Assembly (NCBI GenBank): GCA_951406725.2
Contig: OX597832.1
Coordinates: 5,084,001-5,148,000 of the forward strand
Direction of reading: 5' to 3'
Length of the DNA stretch: 64,000 bases
DNA from: Octopus vulgaris
Taxonomy: Eukaryota
Part shown: in pieces, positions 1-14,250 of the stretch
Position numbering within the stretch: position 1 is the stretch's first letter
Layout of the letters: each line of letters opens with the position of its first letter
Position numbers and translations under genes: made by a program
Notes under the pieces: model-generated
The model's database searches: none
What the model saw: only the letters and a program-made list of their open reading frames with translations
What the model was told of the DNA's origin: nothing

Positions 1-539
1 ATTTTCATGAGGGTTATGGCCCCATTTATGCCCCCTCACTTTCAAACATACACTGCATTACATCTGTCTTTATGCATAGAATATAATTTCCAAATTTCAT
101 AAAGATCCATTCAGTACTTTTGACCTTGTTTTGGATCATTAAAAAAAAATGACTAAAATTTTGGGAGTACAGGCCTCCACTAAGGGGTCTTAGAATCCTC
201 ATGAGAAGCGGAAACTTTGGGAATACATCTTGATGTGTATCAATTGCCTATGGTTGAAATTTCATCAACTTCAGAAATTTATGAATTTTCATGGGAGGTT
301 CACCTCAAATTCAAACCAAACATACTGTATTATACCCGTCCTTATGCATTGAATCTAAATCCCAAATATCACAAGGATCTATTCAGTAATTTTGGTCCAT
401 GAAATTGTATGAAACATACGGCATTATCCTTTGCCCTAGGCTTGGATTTTGTGTTGCAAATTTCATTAGGAGAGGTGTGGTAGTTTTTGAATGTGTAACA
501 CACAAACACACATAAATACATTGATTTTAATGTAGTAGA
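1..539 (-). mobile_element. Probable Helitron/DINE-like non-autonomous element, 5' part
   Basis: Minus strand begins tctactacattaaaa; internal repeated caaatttca...gat blocks. Confidence 0.4.
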
Positions 540-1026
540 TATATATATGCACATATAATAACATGTATATATGTATGTTTGTGTGTGTGTGTTATGTATA
601 TATACACAGAAAGATAGATTGATAGATACAATTGAGTGGGCAAGCAAAAATATGAGACACTTCCTTGAAGAATTTTTTGTCAAATGAATCAAACGCTATA
701 TTTTTTTTTTATTTTGATAAGCATAGTACTTATTCTATCATTCTCTTCTTGTCAAACCAGTAAGTTATGGGGATGTAAATAAGCCAACACCAGTTGTGAA
801 GCAGTGATGAGGGTGAAACACAGACACAAAAACACACACATACACTTACATATATACATATATATACGATTCATTTCTTTCATTTTCTCTCTACGAAACC
901 CACTCAAAAGACTTTGGTCGGTCTGAGGCTATAGCTGAAGACACATGCCAAGTTACCACACAGTGGGAATGAACCCAGGACTATGTGCTTTGGAACCAAC
1001 TTCCTTACCACACAGTCACACCTGCA

Positions 1027-1107
<81 letters not shown>

Positions 1108-1704
1108 GTATGTACATGTATATATGTATATATATATGTATAAATATATGTATGCATGTATTTGCTACAATTCTTTCAACACAACGTAGTTCTCCAATAA
1201 TACAGATATTTGATTATGCAACTGTTTATTTGCATAATGAGATCTAGTTGTATTTCCTCAGGTGATATTCACATGTGTCAAATGCTTTATTTTGGGGTTT
1301 GAAGTATATAATAATACTACCTATACTAATGGGTTATTCTGAAGGTGGATGAGCTCTGTACTGTACTTGAATACATTCTTAACAGAATATAACAAAACTA
1401 TATATATATGTATATACTGTTGTGTCTGGGGAGAGTCATTTTCTGCGTCTTGCAACCTTTTCAATAGTTTTGACTCTCTGAGAGAAAACGAAAATTTTAG
1501 GAAAATAAAAATAAGGAAAAAGTGGAAATTTTGCCAGTGAGTGTGTTATATTATAAGGCACAAAAAGAAAATGACTCTCCCCAGACACAACAGAATATGC
1601 TTCAACACACGAACTCATATAAAGAATCTTGCAAACCAAATCCCAAAACGAAATATATATATATCATCATCATCATCATCATTATCGGTTCACACACACA
1701 TATA

Positions 1705-2412
1705 TAGCCCCCAATGACATTCATGCAGACATGGTTGCTACATAAGGGGATGATGCTCCAGCTTTATTAACAGTGCAAAAGTGGGCAGCTAAATTTAGAA
1801 GTTGAAGGGAGAAACTTGAAGATGGCCCAAGGTCTGGACATCCTGCAACTGCTACAACTGAGGGAAAAATAGATCGTGGTCACTACTTGGTGATGGATGA
1901 CAGTTGATTGACTATAAATCTAATAGTCTATGCTATTAGCATATCCTGTGAGAGGTTTAAGAATATTCTGCCCAATGGATTTGTCATGAGGAAGGATTCT
2001 GTTTGGTGGGTGTCACATTTTCTGACACCTGGACATAAACCTGATCAGGGAAGATCTGACATTGTTTGAGGCAGATCCAGTTGGTTTCTTTGTACATTTC
2101 CTACTCGGGATAAATATTGGGTTCATCACTTTAAGCCATAGACAAAGAGACACTGTACACAGTGGAAACACCCATCCTCACCTGCTTCAAAGAAGGCCAA
2201 AATCATTTCATCTGCAGAGAAGGTGATGACTTCGTTTTTTTTGGGATGTAAAAGCATAGTGTTTATTGACTATCTTCAAAAGGATGACACCATCAATGGA
2301 GAGTATTATGTCAACTTACTAATGTAGTTACAAAAGGCTATTGAGACCAAACACCAAGGAAAACTGATGAAAGAGGTTTTGTCTCATCAGGATAACACTC
2401 TAGCACACAGGT
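1705..2412 (+). mobile_element. mariner transposase remnant
   Basis: Degenerate LEDGPRSGHPAT, WVSH (WVPH-like), WVHHF, TINGEYY and HQDN motifs with stop codons. Confidence 0.82.
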
Positions 2413-2879
2413 TGTCTGTCTATCTGTCTCTATCTATTTATGCATGTTTATATGTATGTGTATCTATCTTTCTGTCTATCCATACATGCATACATTCATT
2501 GATGTTTGTTTTTATGTAACATTAAATATAAAAGCAGTTTAACATCATAAACTGAAGGACTCCCTTCAGTATGGTATTTATATATTTTTATAAAGTTAAA
2601 GTTGACTTTGACTTAGTTTTATTCATCGAGCTTTGTATATATATTTTTGTTTCTATGGAGGGAGTGTTTCATCAGGTGGGTGGAGTGATGCAAGAGTAAT
2701 TTTACTGCTTTCATAAAAGATTTATTTTTATTTGGTAGCAGCAACTGGTTTATCCATATTTAGTGTGAAGGATTATTGTTTGTTTATATGTTAGTGTTTG
2801 AATTCAGATGAGCATGTATATATATATATATGTATCTGTATGAGTGTGTGTGTGTATGTATATTTATATATACATGCAT

Positions 2880-2912
<33 letters not shown>

Positions 2913-2924
2913 TGCATACATACA

Positions 2925-2957
<33 letters not shown>

Positions 2958-3118
2958 CTATATATATATACATCTAATAGAATAAATGCAAAAACTAATT
3001 TCCATGTATCAGTGTGTCACACTTACACCCCGTCTCTCACTAGTCAGTGACACTCATATTATTCCTCATGATGGAGTGAGAGTAATAGTAGGCATAGAGA
3101 TGATGAGGGTGGTGGCAA

Positions 3119-3163
<45 letters not shown>

Positions 3164-3283
3164 AAGAGAGACAAAAAATTTAGGGAGAGTTGATGATGCT
3201 TTAATTAAAAGTAATAGTGTTGATGGTGGTATCTGGAATAATAATAAAAGAGAGAGAAAGTACAATTATAAAATTTCTTTATA

Positions 3284-3409
3284 ATCTCTGACGAGGCCTT
3301 GAGATATATATATAAGTAACTCATTTTTAACTGCATATTACCTCAATAGATCTGACTAATATAGGCACAATGAGATACCTTTATCTACAGGCTGAAACAG
3401 CTGTAAGAT
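3284..3409 (+). ncRNA. Type I hammerhead motif with long stem II and palindromic stem III
   Basis: ATCT CTGACGA GGCCT [~89 nt] AGGCT GAAA CAGCTG TA^AGAT. Confidence 0.72.
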
Positions 3410-3574
3410 CCATTTTATGTATATTATTTTTATAGTATTATCTTACTTATTGATGTATATTGTTTTATTCCAGTTGGATTTGGATGTTCCTATTTCAGTA
3501 GTTAATAAATAATATGAATTGGTAATATCTGTAAATCGATGATTGAAAGGAATCTGTTCCTCCATTTTCTTATT

Positions 3575-3626
<52 letters not shown>

Positions 3627-3627
<1 letters not shown>

Positions 3628-6391
3628 CATCATCATCGTTTAATGTCCGTTTTCCATGTTACCATGGGTTGGATGGTTCGACCGAGGTCTGGGAAGCCAG
3701 CAGGCTGCAGCAGGCTGCACCAGGCTCCAGTCTGATCTGGCAGTGTTTCTACAGCTGGATGCCCTTCCTAGTACCAACCACCCAGTGAGTATAGTGGGTG
3801 CCTTTTATGTGCCACCGGCACAGATATCCTAACTACAATTTCCATTTGATAGTTATTTTGATGTTGATGTACTTGACTCAGTAGGTCTCCTCAAGCACAG
3901 CACCTCACCCTACGATCCAAGGTAAGCACAGCAGGTCATTCTGCAATACAAGGTACTTTGGATGGGCTGGGGCTATGCGAAACTGGTGCAGGAAGCAGCC
4001 ATGAACTCACATTATTTGTCAGGTCCTTGCAGTCACAGCATATCTCCAGAGGTTTTGGTATTTCGTCATTGCCTTTGTGAGGCCTAATGTTCGAAGGTCA
4101 TGCTTGACTAACTCATCCCATGTCTTCCTGGGTCTACCTCTCCCCCTGATACCTTCAACTGTTTGGGTGTGGCACTTCTTCACACATCTCTCCTCATCCA
4201 TCCGCAGTACATGACCATACCAGTGCAAACGTCTCTCTTGCACACCACATCTGATACTTCTTATGTCCAGCATTTCTCTCAGTGGCTTACAATCTGTCAT
4301 GTGTGCACATTGACATTACACATCCAGCGGATCATGCTAGCTTCATTTCTTTCGAGTCTATGCATGTCCTCTGCAGTTACAGTCCATGTTTCACTACCGT
4401 GAAGCATGTCAGTTCGCACACATGCATCATACAATCTACCTGTCACTCTGAGCGAAAGACCCTTTGTCACCAGTAGGGGTAGGAGCTTTCTAAACTTTGC
4501 CCAGGCTATTCGTATTCTAGTGGTGACACTCTCTGAGCATCCACCTCCACTACTAACTTGGTCACCTAGGTAGCGGAAACTATCAACTACTTCTAGTTTC
4601 TCCCCCTGAAGTGTGATGGAATCTGTTTTTTGAGTATCTGTGGTGCCTATTGCCCCTGTGCATCTGCTGCACATGAAAGCTATCTTATCAGTTAATTTCC
4701 CTTTGATGTTGTTGCACCTCTTATGCGTCCTTAGCTTACACTGGGTACATCTTATGGAGTTTCTACCTACACCTTTTCTACAGATCGAGCAGGGTCACCT
4801 GCCCGAGGGTGTGTGTGCTGAGTTCGCCTTTCTGCTTACTATAACTTTGGTCTTTGCTACATTTACTCTAAGGCCCTTTGATTTTAAACCTAGTTTCCAC
4901 ACCCGAAATTTCTTTTCTAGTTCCGGTAGTGATTCTGCTATGAAGGCCAGGTCATCAGCATAGAGGAACTCCCAGGGGCAACCTGTCTTGAATTCCTCTG
5001 TTATTGCCTGGAGGACTATGATGAATAGAAGGGGACTAAGGGCTGAACCTTGGTGGACCCCTACTTCTACCCGGAATTCTTCACTATACTTGTTGCCAAT
5101 CCTAACCTTACTAACGGCCTATCTGTATAGGGCCTGTACAGCCCTTATCAACCATTCATCAATCTCCAGTTTCTGCATTGCCCACCAGATAAGGGATCAG
5201 GGGACCCTGTCAAAGGCTTTCTCCAAGTCCGCAAAAGCTAAGTAGAGGGGTTTATCTTTAGCTAGGTATTTCTCCTGCAGTTGTCGAACCAGGAATATGG
5301 CATCAGTGGTGCTTCTACCCGGAACAAAACCAAACTGCATCTCATCTAAGCAGACTCTCTCACTAATGAGATGGACTATGACCCTCTCTGTAACCTTCAT
5401 CACCTAATCCAGCAGTTTAACACCCCTGTATTTATTCCTGTCTAGAGCATCACCTTTACCCTTGTAGCAGTTAACTATGGTGCTGCTACGCCAGTCATTG
5501 GGTATGACTCCATTATGAACTACGTGGTTTACAATGCGGGTGACTAGGCCATTGCCCACACAACCAGCTGTTTTAAGCATCTCAGCAGTGATTCCTGATG
5601 GGCCAGGGGCTATTCCTGGCTTCATACCCTTAATTGCTTTAACTACTAGGGAGCTGTCTATTTGGATAGCTGGTCCCTCTACTGGGTCAACATTTGGAAG
5701 GCTCTCCTCCTCCCATTCATTCTCCACATTCAGCAGTCTTTCATAATGGCTTCTCCAAGCCTTTTTCTTTTCAGAATCACTAAAAGCAAGTGCACCATCA
5801 TCCATGCGGACACATTTCTCTCCTATGACATCACAGTTTTCTCTCCCACACTGTCTTGCAAGCCAAAATACCTCAGTTCTTTGGTCCTCACATTGCTGGA
5901 CATTAGCAAACTCCTTTTCTGCTTCACTCTTGGCTAAGTATACCTGCCTCTCAGCCTCCCTTCTGGCTACCTGGTACCGTTCCCTGCAACCACCATCCTT
6001 CCAGGCTTTCCAGGCTTGTTTCTTTCCCCTAACGGCTTTGTCTACCGTTCTATTCCACCACCATGTAACTCTGGGTCTGGAAGGGACTTTGCACCATCCA
6101 CAGACTTGGTCTGTGGCACTCAGCAAGCTGTCCCGTAGGAATTTCCAGCTACCTTCTATGTCCGACGTCTGTAACTCCTCCTCCCTCTCATCAAATTTCT
6201 TGATGAGGATGTCCCTAAATCTCTGACTGTGTGAAGGGTTCTTTATCTTCCAAATCCTTCTTTTCTGGGTTGGTCTGCTTCTAAGTATCCTTCTGGCCTC
6301 AAGCCTAAAGTCTCTAATGACTAGCCTATGCTGTGGAGTACATTCTTCACCTGGGAGGGTCTTTGTATTTAAGATCAACCCTGCGTCCCGC
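3627..6391 (-). mobile_element. 5'-truncated RTE LINE, same family as 44558-48552
   Basis: ORF fragments 5404-6378, 5197-5403, 4297-4674 and 4019-4300 are collinear with the larger copy; (CAT)n tail at 3627; internal stop codons. Confidence 0.93.
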
Positions 6392-6511
6392 TATATATAT
6401 ATGTGTGTATTTATGTATGTATGCATGTATATATATGTATGTATGTATGTATGCATGCATGTATATATATGTATGTATATATATATGTATTTATATATAT
6501 ATATGCATATA

Positions 6512-7355
6512 CTGAGTGCAGTGAATAAACTATCATCTAAATTACACAAAAATAGAAACAACATTGATATCTCATTTTAACAGTTATTTTTACCAAAATT
6601 ATGTAAAAATATCTTGAAATACTAAAGTGTAAATTTATTCAGTAAAATCGCCAATGGTCTTAACCTTGGCCTCCAGATAACTCTTCTGGGAAGTCTCCTT
6701 GTTTAAGTTGGTGAATGCTGCCATAATTCTTCCCTTCAGTTCATCTTTGGTGTTACAAAGAGTTTTGTTTGTCTCTCCTTCAACTGTGCTCCACACATAA
6801 TAATCAAGGGGGTTGCGGAAATTGTCCAACAGCCATGGCTGCGTTCTCCTGCTTGTGTAGCATGGTGCAGAGTCCTGTTGAGTGTTCACACATGAAGTAA
6901 GATATCACTACATATATATATATCAATCTTCCAGCAACCACCCTCTTGATCCAGGGCTGCACTACCTCCTCCAGGTGCTTGATGTAGGCCTCTGTGTTGA
7001 GTCTGAGGCTGTGTAGGAAGATGAATGGTGGCATAACATTGCCATCACTAGTGATCACTCCAAACACCATGATGTTGACTGGATGTTTGGTTTTTATCAC
7101 TCTTGGTACATGTCCTCAGATTGACACCCAAGCACTCTGAAATGTTTGTATTGGAGCTTTCAGCATGAATGCCAAGTAGTACGGCATGTTGTTTCTAAAT
7201 TTCTGGCAGAGTGAATTGTGTCTTGGTGCAGTTTTTCTTATTGACAGTGTCCAACTGACCCTACTATACTGTGCAGTTGACAAAATGAAAAACAAGTAAT
7301 GCGCATGCATGAAATTAAAAATATAAATTAATGACAATTTACCCATCGCACCCTG
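6512..7355 (-). mobile_element. maT derivative, same family
   Basis: Encodes KHPVNIMVFG, QQDSAP and PLDYYVW; terminus caccctg|ta. Confidence 0.85.
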
Positions 7356-9770
7356 TATATATCTATATGAACATGTACTTTGTTTCTGTGTGTGTGTAAA
7401 TATATGCATATAATATATATAAGCAAAAACATTTGAGTATTCACACATGAAGTAAGATATCACTACATATATATCAATCATCCTCCGATCTTTACAGATG
7501 TTGTCTACCTCTTCTACTTTCCTTATCTCCTCCTGGATACATTCTTGCAAACCCTCATAGCCCCACAAACTACTGCTCCAGCTACCCAAGATGCCATCTG
7601 GATTACTGTCCATCTTCTTGAAGATACCTCTAATTCATTCTCTCTCTCCTAAATGAGACTAGCTGTGTGGCTCTTCTACAATATGGACCTGCTCTACCTC
7701 ACTCTCTTCCCTCGTACCTTAACCCCCATATAACATATGGATGCAGCACTTTACCCCACTGTGTTAGTTGACTTGCAGGCCACAAAGGGATCTCAATAGG
7801 GCCAGTGGCACAAAAAATGCCCTTAGTACACACCTGTGAAGTGGTTGGCAATAAGATAGGTACTCAGCTGTAGAAAACATGCCAAAGAAGACAATGGAGC
7901 ATGATGCGATCCTTCAACTCATCAGGTCCTTGTCAAACCGTCTGACCCTTGCCAACATGGAGCATGAATGTGAAATGAAGCTGATGATGATGATTGAACA
8001 GTGAAGTATGACTTGTAGCAAAAGTCCATGCTCAATAGTTGGTACCATACTATATATGCTAGTGTATGATATACATACAGTGGGGTATGATATGGGACAT
8101 CAAACCACTGGATAGGCTAGTGTGTGCAGAATATGAACTACATAATCAAATTGGAATGTGTGAGGTATTGCCCACCTTGATGTGGGAGAAAACATGGCCT
8201 TGAATCTCTGTGATCTGGTTGTTTATCTCCTACTGCATGTGCTACTTATGATGTTGATAATTTGCATAACGAGTATATATATATATATACTGAGATGGTT
8301 TAATAAGATTATATAAGGTTTCAGTCATTATGTAACCCTGGCTGTTATTTACCTCAATGATTTTTTAATGTTTTATGAAGCATAAAATACCATATATGTT
8401 TTCTGTATTTTGTTAGTATTTTATTAGTACCACAAGGTGGGCCAAAAGGCATGCACAAAATAAGCTCAATATGCTCTGGAATTGTCGAACACGTACTTCA
8501 GTTTTTCTAAAATTCAATGAAATAAATAAAATAATGATGAATACACATGTACAGGTACATGATGAACAAAATGAATAATAATGATAATAATGTAATGTAA
8601 ATAAAATGTCAATTGTTTCGATGCGTAACTTTAGGCCCACTCTGCGTGTGTGTAATATCTGTGTGTATATGTAAGTATGTGTGTGTGTATATATGCATGT
8701 GTTTGTATGTAAATTTCTCTATGTATGTGTAAAAGTATACATATGCATGCATATGTCATCATCATCATCATCATCATTATCATCATTTAACATTCATTTT
8801 CCATGCTGGCATGGGTTGGAAGATTTGACAGGAGCTGGCAAGTCAGGGAATTGCACCAGACTCTCCTGTCAGTTTTGGCATGGTTTCTATGGTTTGATTC
8901 CCTTCCTTACTTTACAGAGTGTATTGAGTGCTTTTTGCATGGCACCAGCACTGGTGAGGTCACCAAGTAACTTGCAAGACAAAAGAACCTCCCTCAAATG
9001 AGAGGGAGAGGGGTATTGTAGGAGGTGGCATTGTACTAGGTGATGAGAGGTTAAACTGATAGAGGGGCAGAAACAGGTGTCTTACTGTAGAGGGGATATA
9101 TTGCTATCCCATTTGGGGAGAGAGAGAAAGAAGTTGTTGAATTTCCAGGGCATACCTTCAAAGTACAAGGAGGTGAATGTCAGTGGAGTGGAAAAGAGAA
9201 TTGGATAGGGTAAATGAGCAGAAAGTTCACAAGAGTGCAAAGTAGGGAAGGGGAAGGAGAATGCAGTGAGTAACGAACACAGCAACAGGATAGCAATGAT
9301 ATAGCCAGAATGAGTGGGGTGAGGGGAGAAAGAGAGCAGCATTGGGTTGTAGGAGCTGGGTGAGTGTTGGGGAGACAAGTACAATGCATGAAGAGATATA
9401 GTTTAGTTCAATGCATGCAGTAGAGTGTGTGAATTAATGTTACAGGTGAATGGAGAGCACATAATACACAATCCGCTCAGAACTCAGTTCGTCTGAGGTG
9501 AACATGTCTTCCCAAAAACCTCATATCACTAGACATCTTGGTCCATTGTCATCTCTTTGAGGCTCAACATTTTGAGATTGGTGCTCACTATTTCACCCCG
9601 TATCTTCCTGGATCTCCCTTTTCCATTGTAAGTGATTGACAGTTCTTTGTGCAGCTGTCTTCATGCTATGTCTGTTTCCTCTTAGAACTAATTTTTCCCT
9701 CAACATATTGCACTGTGTCGTTCATGCACACTGATGTTGCACCGTCTATCAGAACATACTAGCTTCATTC

Positions 9771-9831
<61 letters not shown>

Positions 9832-10754
9832 GTTAATCCAAACAAGAAAACACAGAAAAAAAGAGAAAAAAAGAGAAAAAAACACAGCAACGCAGGACGT
9901 GGAACAATTAAAGTATTATTGACGCTCAGGAAAGAAGGGAAGGATAAGTAGCTTGCTTACCAACCACATGGTTCCGGGTTCAGTCCCACTGCATGGCATC
10001 TTCTGTTATAGCCTCGGGCCGACCAATGCCTTGTGAGTGGATTTGGTAGACAGAAACTAAAAGAAGCCTGTTGTATATGTGTATATATATATATGTATGT
10101 GTATGTATATGTTTGTGTGTCTGTGTTTGTCCCCCTAGCATTGCTTGACAACCGATGCTGGTGTGTTTATGTCCCCGTAACTTAGTGGTTCGGCAAAAGA
10201 GACCGATAGAATAAGTACTAGGCTTACAAAGAATAAGTCCCGGGGTCGATTTGCTTGACTAAAGGCGGTGCTCCAGCATGGCCACAGTCAAATGACTGAA
10301 ACAAGTAAAAGAAAAGAAAAGAAAGAAAATATATATATATATATATATATATTTGTTATTCTTTAACAAAAATAGTATTTAGTATTAATAGTGACTTTGA
10401 ATTTTGACCAGCTAAGTTATCATCGGATTGTGGTGTATTTTGAATTCATCTTGGCTTTATATAATTTCTGTTAAATTTTTTAGAGTATTCTGTTGGTCTC
10501 TTTTGCCAAAGTGCTAAGTTACAGGGATGTAAACACACTAGCACCACTTGTCAAGTGGTAGTTGGAGGCAGACACACATATGACAGGCTTCTTTCAGTTT
10601 CTGTCTACCAAATCGACTCAGAAGGTGCTACTTGTCGAATTGAACCAGGAACCATGTGGTTGAGAATCAAGCATTTTATCATACAGCCACACCGGCACCT
10701 CTTTAAAATTTTTTCCATTATATATAAAAAAAAACCCCCAAATATTAATAGATA

Positions 10755-11410
10755 CATCATCATCATCATCGTTTAGCGTCCGTTTTCCATGCTAGCATGG
10801 GTTGGATGGTTCAACTGGGGTCTGTGAAGCCGGAAGGCTTCATCAGGCCCAGTCAGATCTGGCAGTGTTTCTACGGTTGGATGCCCTTCCTAACGCCAAC
10901 CACTCCGTGAGTGTAGTGGGTGCTTTTTACATGCCACCCGCACAGGTGCCAGACAGAGCTGGCAAACGGCCACGAACGGATGGTGCTTTTTATGTGCCAC
11001 CGGCATGAGGCCAGTCGGGGCGGCGCTGGCAACGGTCATGAACGGATGCTTCTCTTACATGCCACCGGCACTGGTAACACATCTGCAATTTCCATTGATC
11101 GATTTCGATTCTGATCCTCACTTGCCTCAATAGGTCTTCACAAGTAGAGTTTTGTGTCCCAAGAGGGGAAGGTATGCATACGTAGGCTGGCTCCATCCCA
11201 TGTAGAAGGACACGGGTTATGGTCTCACTTGTCCTGCCGGGTCTTCTCGCGCACAGCACACTTCCAGAGGCCTCGGTCTCTAGTCATTTCCTCAGTGAGA
11301 CCTAAAGTTCGAAGGTCGTGCTTCACCACCTCGTCCCAGGTTTTCCTGGGTCTGCCTCTTCCACAGGTTCCCTCAACCGCTAGGGTGTGGCACTTTTTCA
11401 CACAACTATC
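10755..11410 (-). mobile_element. RTE 3' fragment (ORF end plus 3' UTR)
   Basis: Encodes CVKKCHTLAVEGTCGRGRPRKTWDEVVKHDL; carries the 3' UTR repeat units and (CAT)n tail. Confidence 0.88.
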
Positions 11411-11567
11411 ATACATACATATCATACACACACCCACACTCACATATCTGTAGGTATAGTATGTATATATATACATATATATATATCTGTAGGTATAGTA
11501 TGTATGAATTCCTCTATTTACATAATACCAAGGTCTCTTTCATTCTTTTGTTGTCTTACCATTACTA

Positions 11568-11612
<45 letters not shown>

Positions 11613-13153
11613 GAAGTTTCTTTGTGAGTAGCTTCTATATTTATAATTTTTTTATGTGCTTTTTTCCTTCCTTTCATCTAATCTTATTTTCGCCTTTCCT
11701 TTCTACTTTCTTTGTGATCTAAAAGAAAATATATATCCAGTCATCACAAAAATTTTTTTTAAAAGCTTTGGAAAGAATTATAATAGAAAGAGTTATAACT
11801 CAGCTAGTCACTTTTAAACTTAAACAATTAACTTTGTTTCTTTTATTGAGTCCTTTATTTAATGTGTGAAAACCTGGTTCTTACAAACAAGGACATCATC
11901 ATCATCATTTAATGTCTGTTTTCCATGCTGGCATGGGTTGGATGGTTTAACAAGAGCTGGCAAGCAGGAGGGCTACACCAAGCCCCAGTTGTCTGTTTTG
12001 GCATGGTGTCTATGGCTGGATGCCATTCCTAATGCCAACCGCTTTACAGAGTGTAATGGGTGCTTTTATGTGGCATTGTCACATAAAAATTATTAATAAT
12101 AATGATAACAACAACAACAACAACAACAATAATAATAATAATAATTAATTCTTTTATTGGCTACAAGGGCTGACAAAAATTAATTATAACATAAAGGGAC
12201 AAAACACAGGACAAAAGTTACAAAGGGTTTTGTCTGTTTGAAAAATCTGTGTAAAAAACAGTGTAACAACGAAAATATTTAACAATGAAAAACTCCCAAT
12301 AATAATAATAATAATAATGATAATAATAATAATGATAAGTACCAGACAGTGACTCTCATGGCTTTTGATCTTAACTGATTGGAAGTGTTATCATGTACAT
12401 TGTTTTGTCTTGGTGTAAAAGATGGGCTACAGCAAATATTCTGCTCAATACCACAGATTTGCTTGTCAGTTGTTTGACCGTAACCAGTTGAGCATGTCCC
12501 ATAGTGGCTGACGATATGTGCATCTCTGACCACGAGCAGAAGTAGTGGGGGAGCATCATAGCCGTGTGTTGAAAGGAATTCTTGGAGGTTTGGATAATTC
12601 ACCTTTGAAAATATGGGTGGTTCGTTCAACATCCTTAAACAATCCTTATTCAGGGACCTTTTGAGCGGGATGGGCTACTCAACCTGAAGAAAATTCTAAC
12701 TGGGCCCCACCTGCAAGGGCATGCACTGTTTATCTTGATATGAGATCAGCATGTTGCGCACATATGGTTGTGATGCCTGTGCCTGGTGTACCCTTATCAG
12801 ACGGATAGTCATGAATGGTATACTGGGCTTCGTATATTTTACCCCGGTGTCACTTTGATGGCATGCACTGCTCTCTCACTCAATAATAATATTAATGTTG
12901 ATCATTCCCATTGATTTCTATGTATAAGCATTTGAAGGAAAGGATTAAAAAGAAAAGAAAGAATTGAAAATATAAGAAGCTGCATCTATTTGCTATAGAT
13001 GCACGAATGTAATTTGTGTTCAGGTATGGATTTTATGAAGTCACAATGGGGACAGTGAAGGTTTTGATTTTGCCTGGGATTGGTTTAAATGTGTCTGTTG
13101 ACCACAGGATATAACTCTTTCCTTGTTTTGTTTCTTCAACTCATTGTTTAGAT

Positions 13154-13440
13154 CAGGGGTTCCCAATCTTATTTTGCTTGTGGAACCCTTAGAGCTATCA
13201 GTGGACACCATATATGTATATGTAAATTTTTGAAATAAAATATATGTTTGTAGGTTAGTAAAAACTAACAATGAAACTATTTTGTTAAATTCATAACAAA
13301 TTCCAAATGCAAATCTTGAAAATTTCAATAAATACAGGTACCTCTCCTAGTAAACAAAATTTATATATGGACACACAAATTACAATTTTTTACTCGTGGA
13401 CTCCCTTAAAGCTTCTGTGGACTCTAGTTGGGAACCCCTG
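13154..13440. mobile_element. hAT-type MITE
   Basis: TIRs caggggttcccaa / ttgggaacccctg with a perfect 8-bp TSD gtttagat (13146-13153 and 13441-13448). Confidence 0.9.
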
Positions 13441-13793
13441 GTTTAGATGCATCATGACACAGTTTACGCCACTCAGATTGATCTTGGTAATAACTTGCCT
13501 AAGATGTTAAATTAAACTGTAAGGATCTTAGTGATTGTTTTATCTTAACTTTTTACCTTTACTGCATTCAGAGCAATAATAGTACTAATAGCAACACACA
13601 CACATATATATATATATACTTGTATATTATATATAAGTGGTGGGTATGGCTCTGTGGTAAAGAAGTTTGCTTCCAAACGACTTGGTTTTGGATTCAGTCC
13701 CACTGTGTAGCACCTTGGGCAAGTGCCTTTTACTAAAGTTCCAGTTTGACCAAAGCCTCGTCAATGGACTTGGTAGATGAAAACTAAAAACAG

Positions 13794-14087
13794 CATGGAG
13801 AAGTTCTTAAGCAGATGTGGCTGAAAATGTCGCTAGAAGCTGGGATCACCAAGCGTAGATTGGCATATTTCGGTCATATTATGCGGAGAAAATCCCTGGA
13901 GAAGGACATCATGCTCAGAATGGTCAGTGGCAAGAGAGGAAGAGGCTGACCAAGAACCCGCTGGCTTGACACCATCAGGAGTGATACTGGAATGGACATG
14001 GCCAATCTGAAGGAAGCGACCCAGGATAGAACTGACTGGAGGACACTGATCCAACGAGTGACCGAGAGTCGACTTCGACTGAGCGGA
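13794..14087 (+). mobile_element. 3' end of a second, BovB-like RTE family
   Basis: Translates to YFGHIMRRKSLEKDIML...RGRG*PRTRWLDTI...WRTLIQRVTESRLRL. Confidence 0.8.
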
Positions 14088-14088
14088 T

Positions 14089-14141
<53 letters not shown>

Positions 14142-14250
14142 CATGCATGTGTGTGTGTGTGTGTATACATAAACATGTATATGTATATATACATGTTTAT
14201 GAATTTGTGTTGCAAGATTCCTGATGTGAAACCATTTGTTGAAACAGATA

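Noticed and set aside
945-1247. ORFs rich in YI, HT or CV dipeptides here and throughout the track
   Set aside because: Translations of (TA)n, (CA)n and (TG)n microsatellites.
2649-2680. Minus-strand CTGATGA...GAAAC
   Set aside because: No stem II pairing and no NUH triplet or stem I.
8606-8638. Minus-strand CGAAACAATTG palindrome resembling hammerhead stem III
   Set aside because: The upstream core is too degenerate (CTAAAGT) to support a call.
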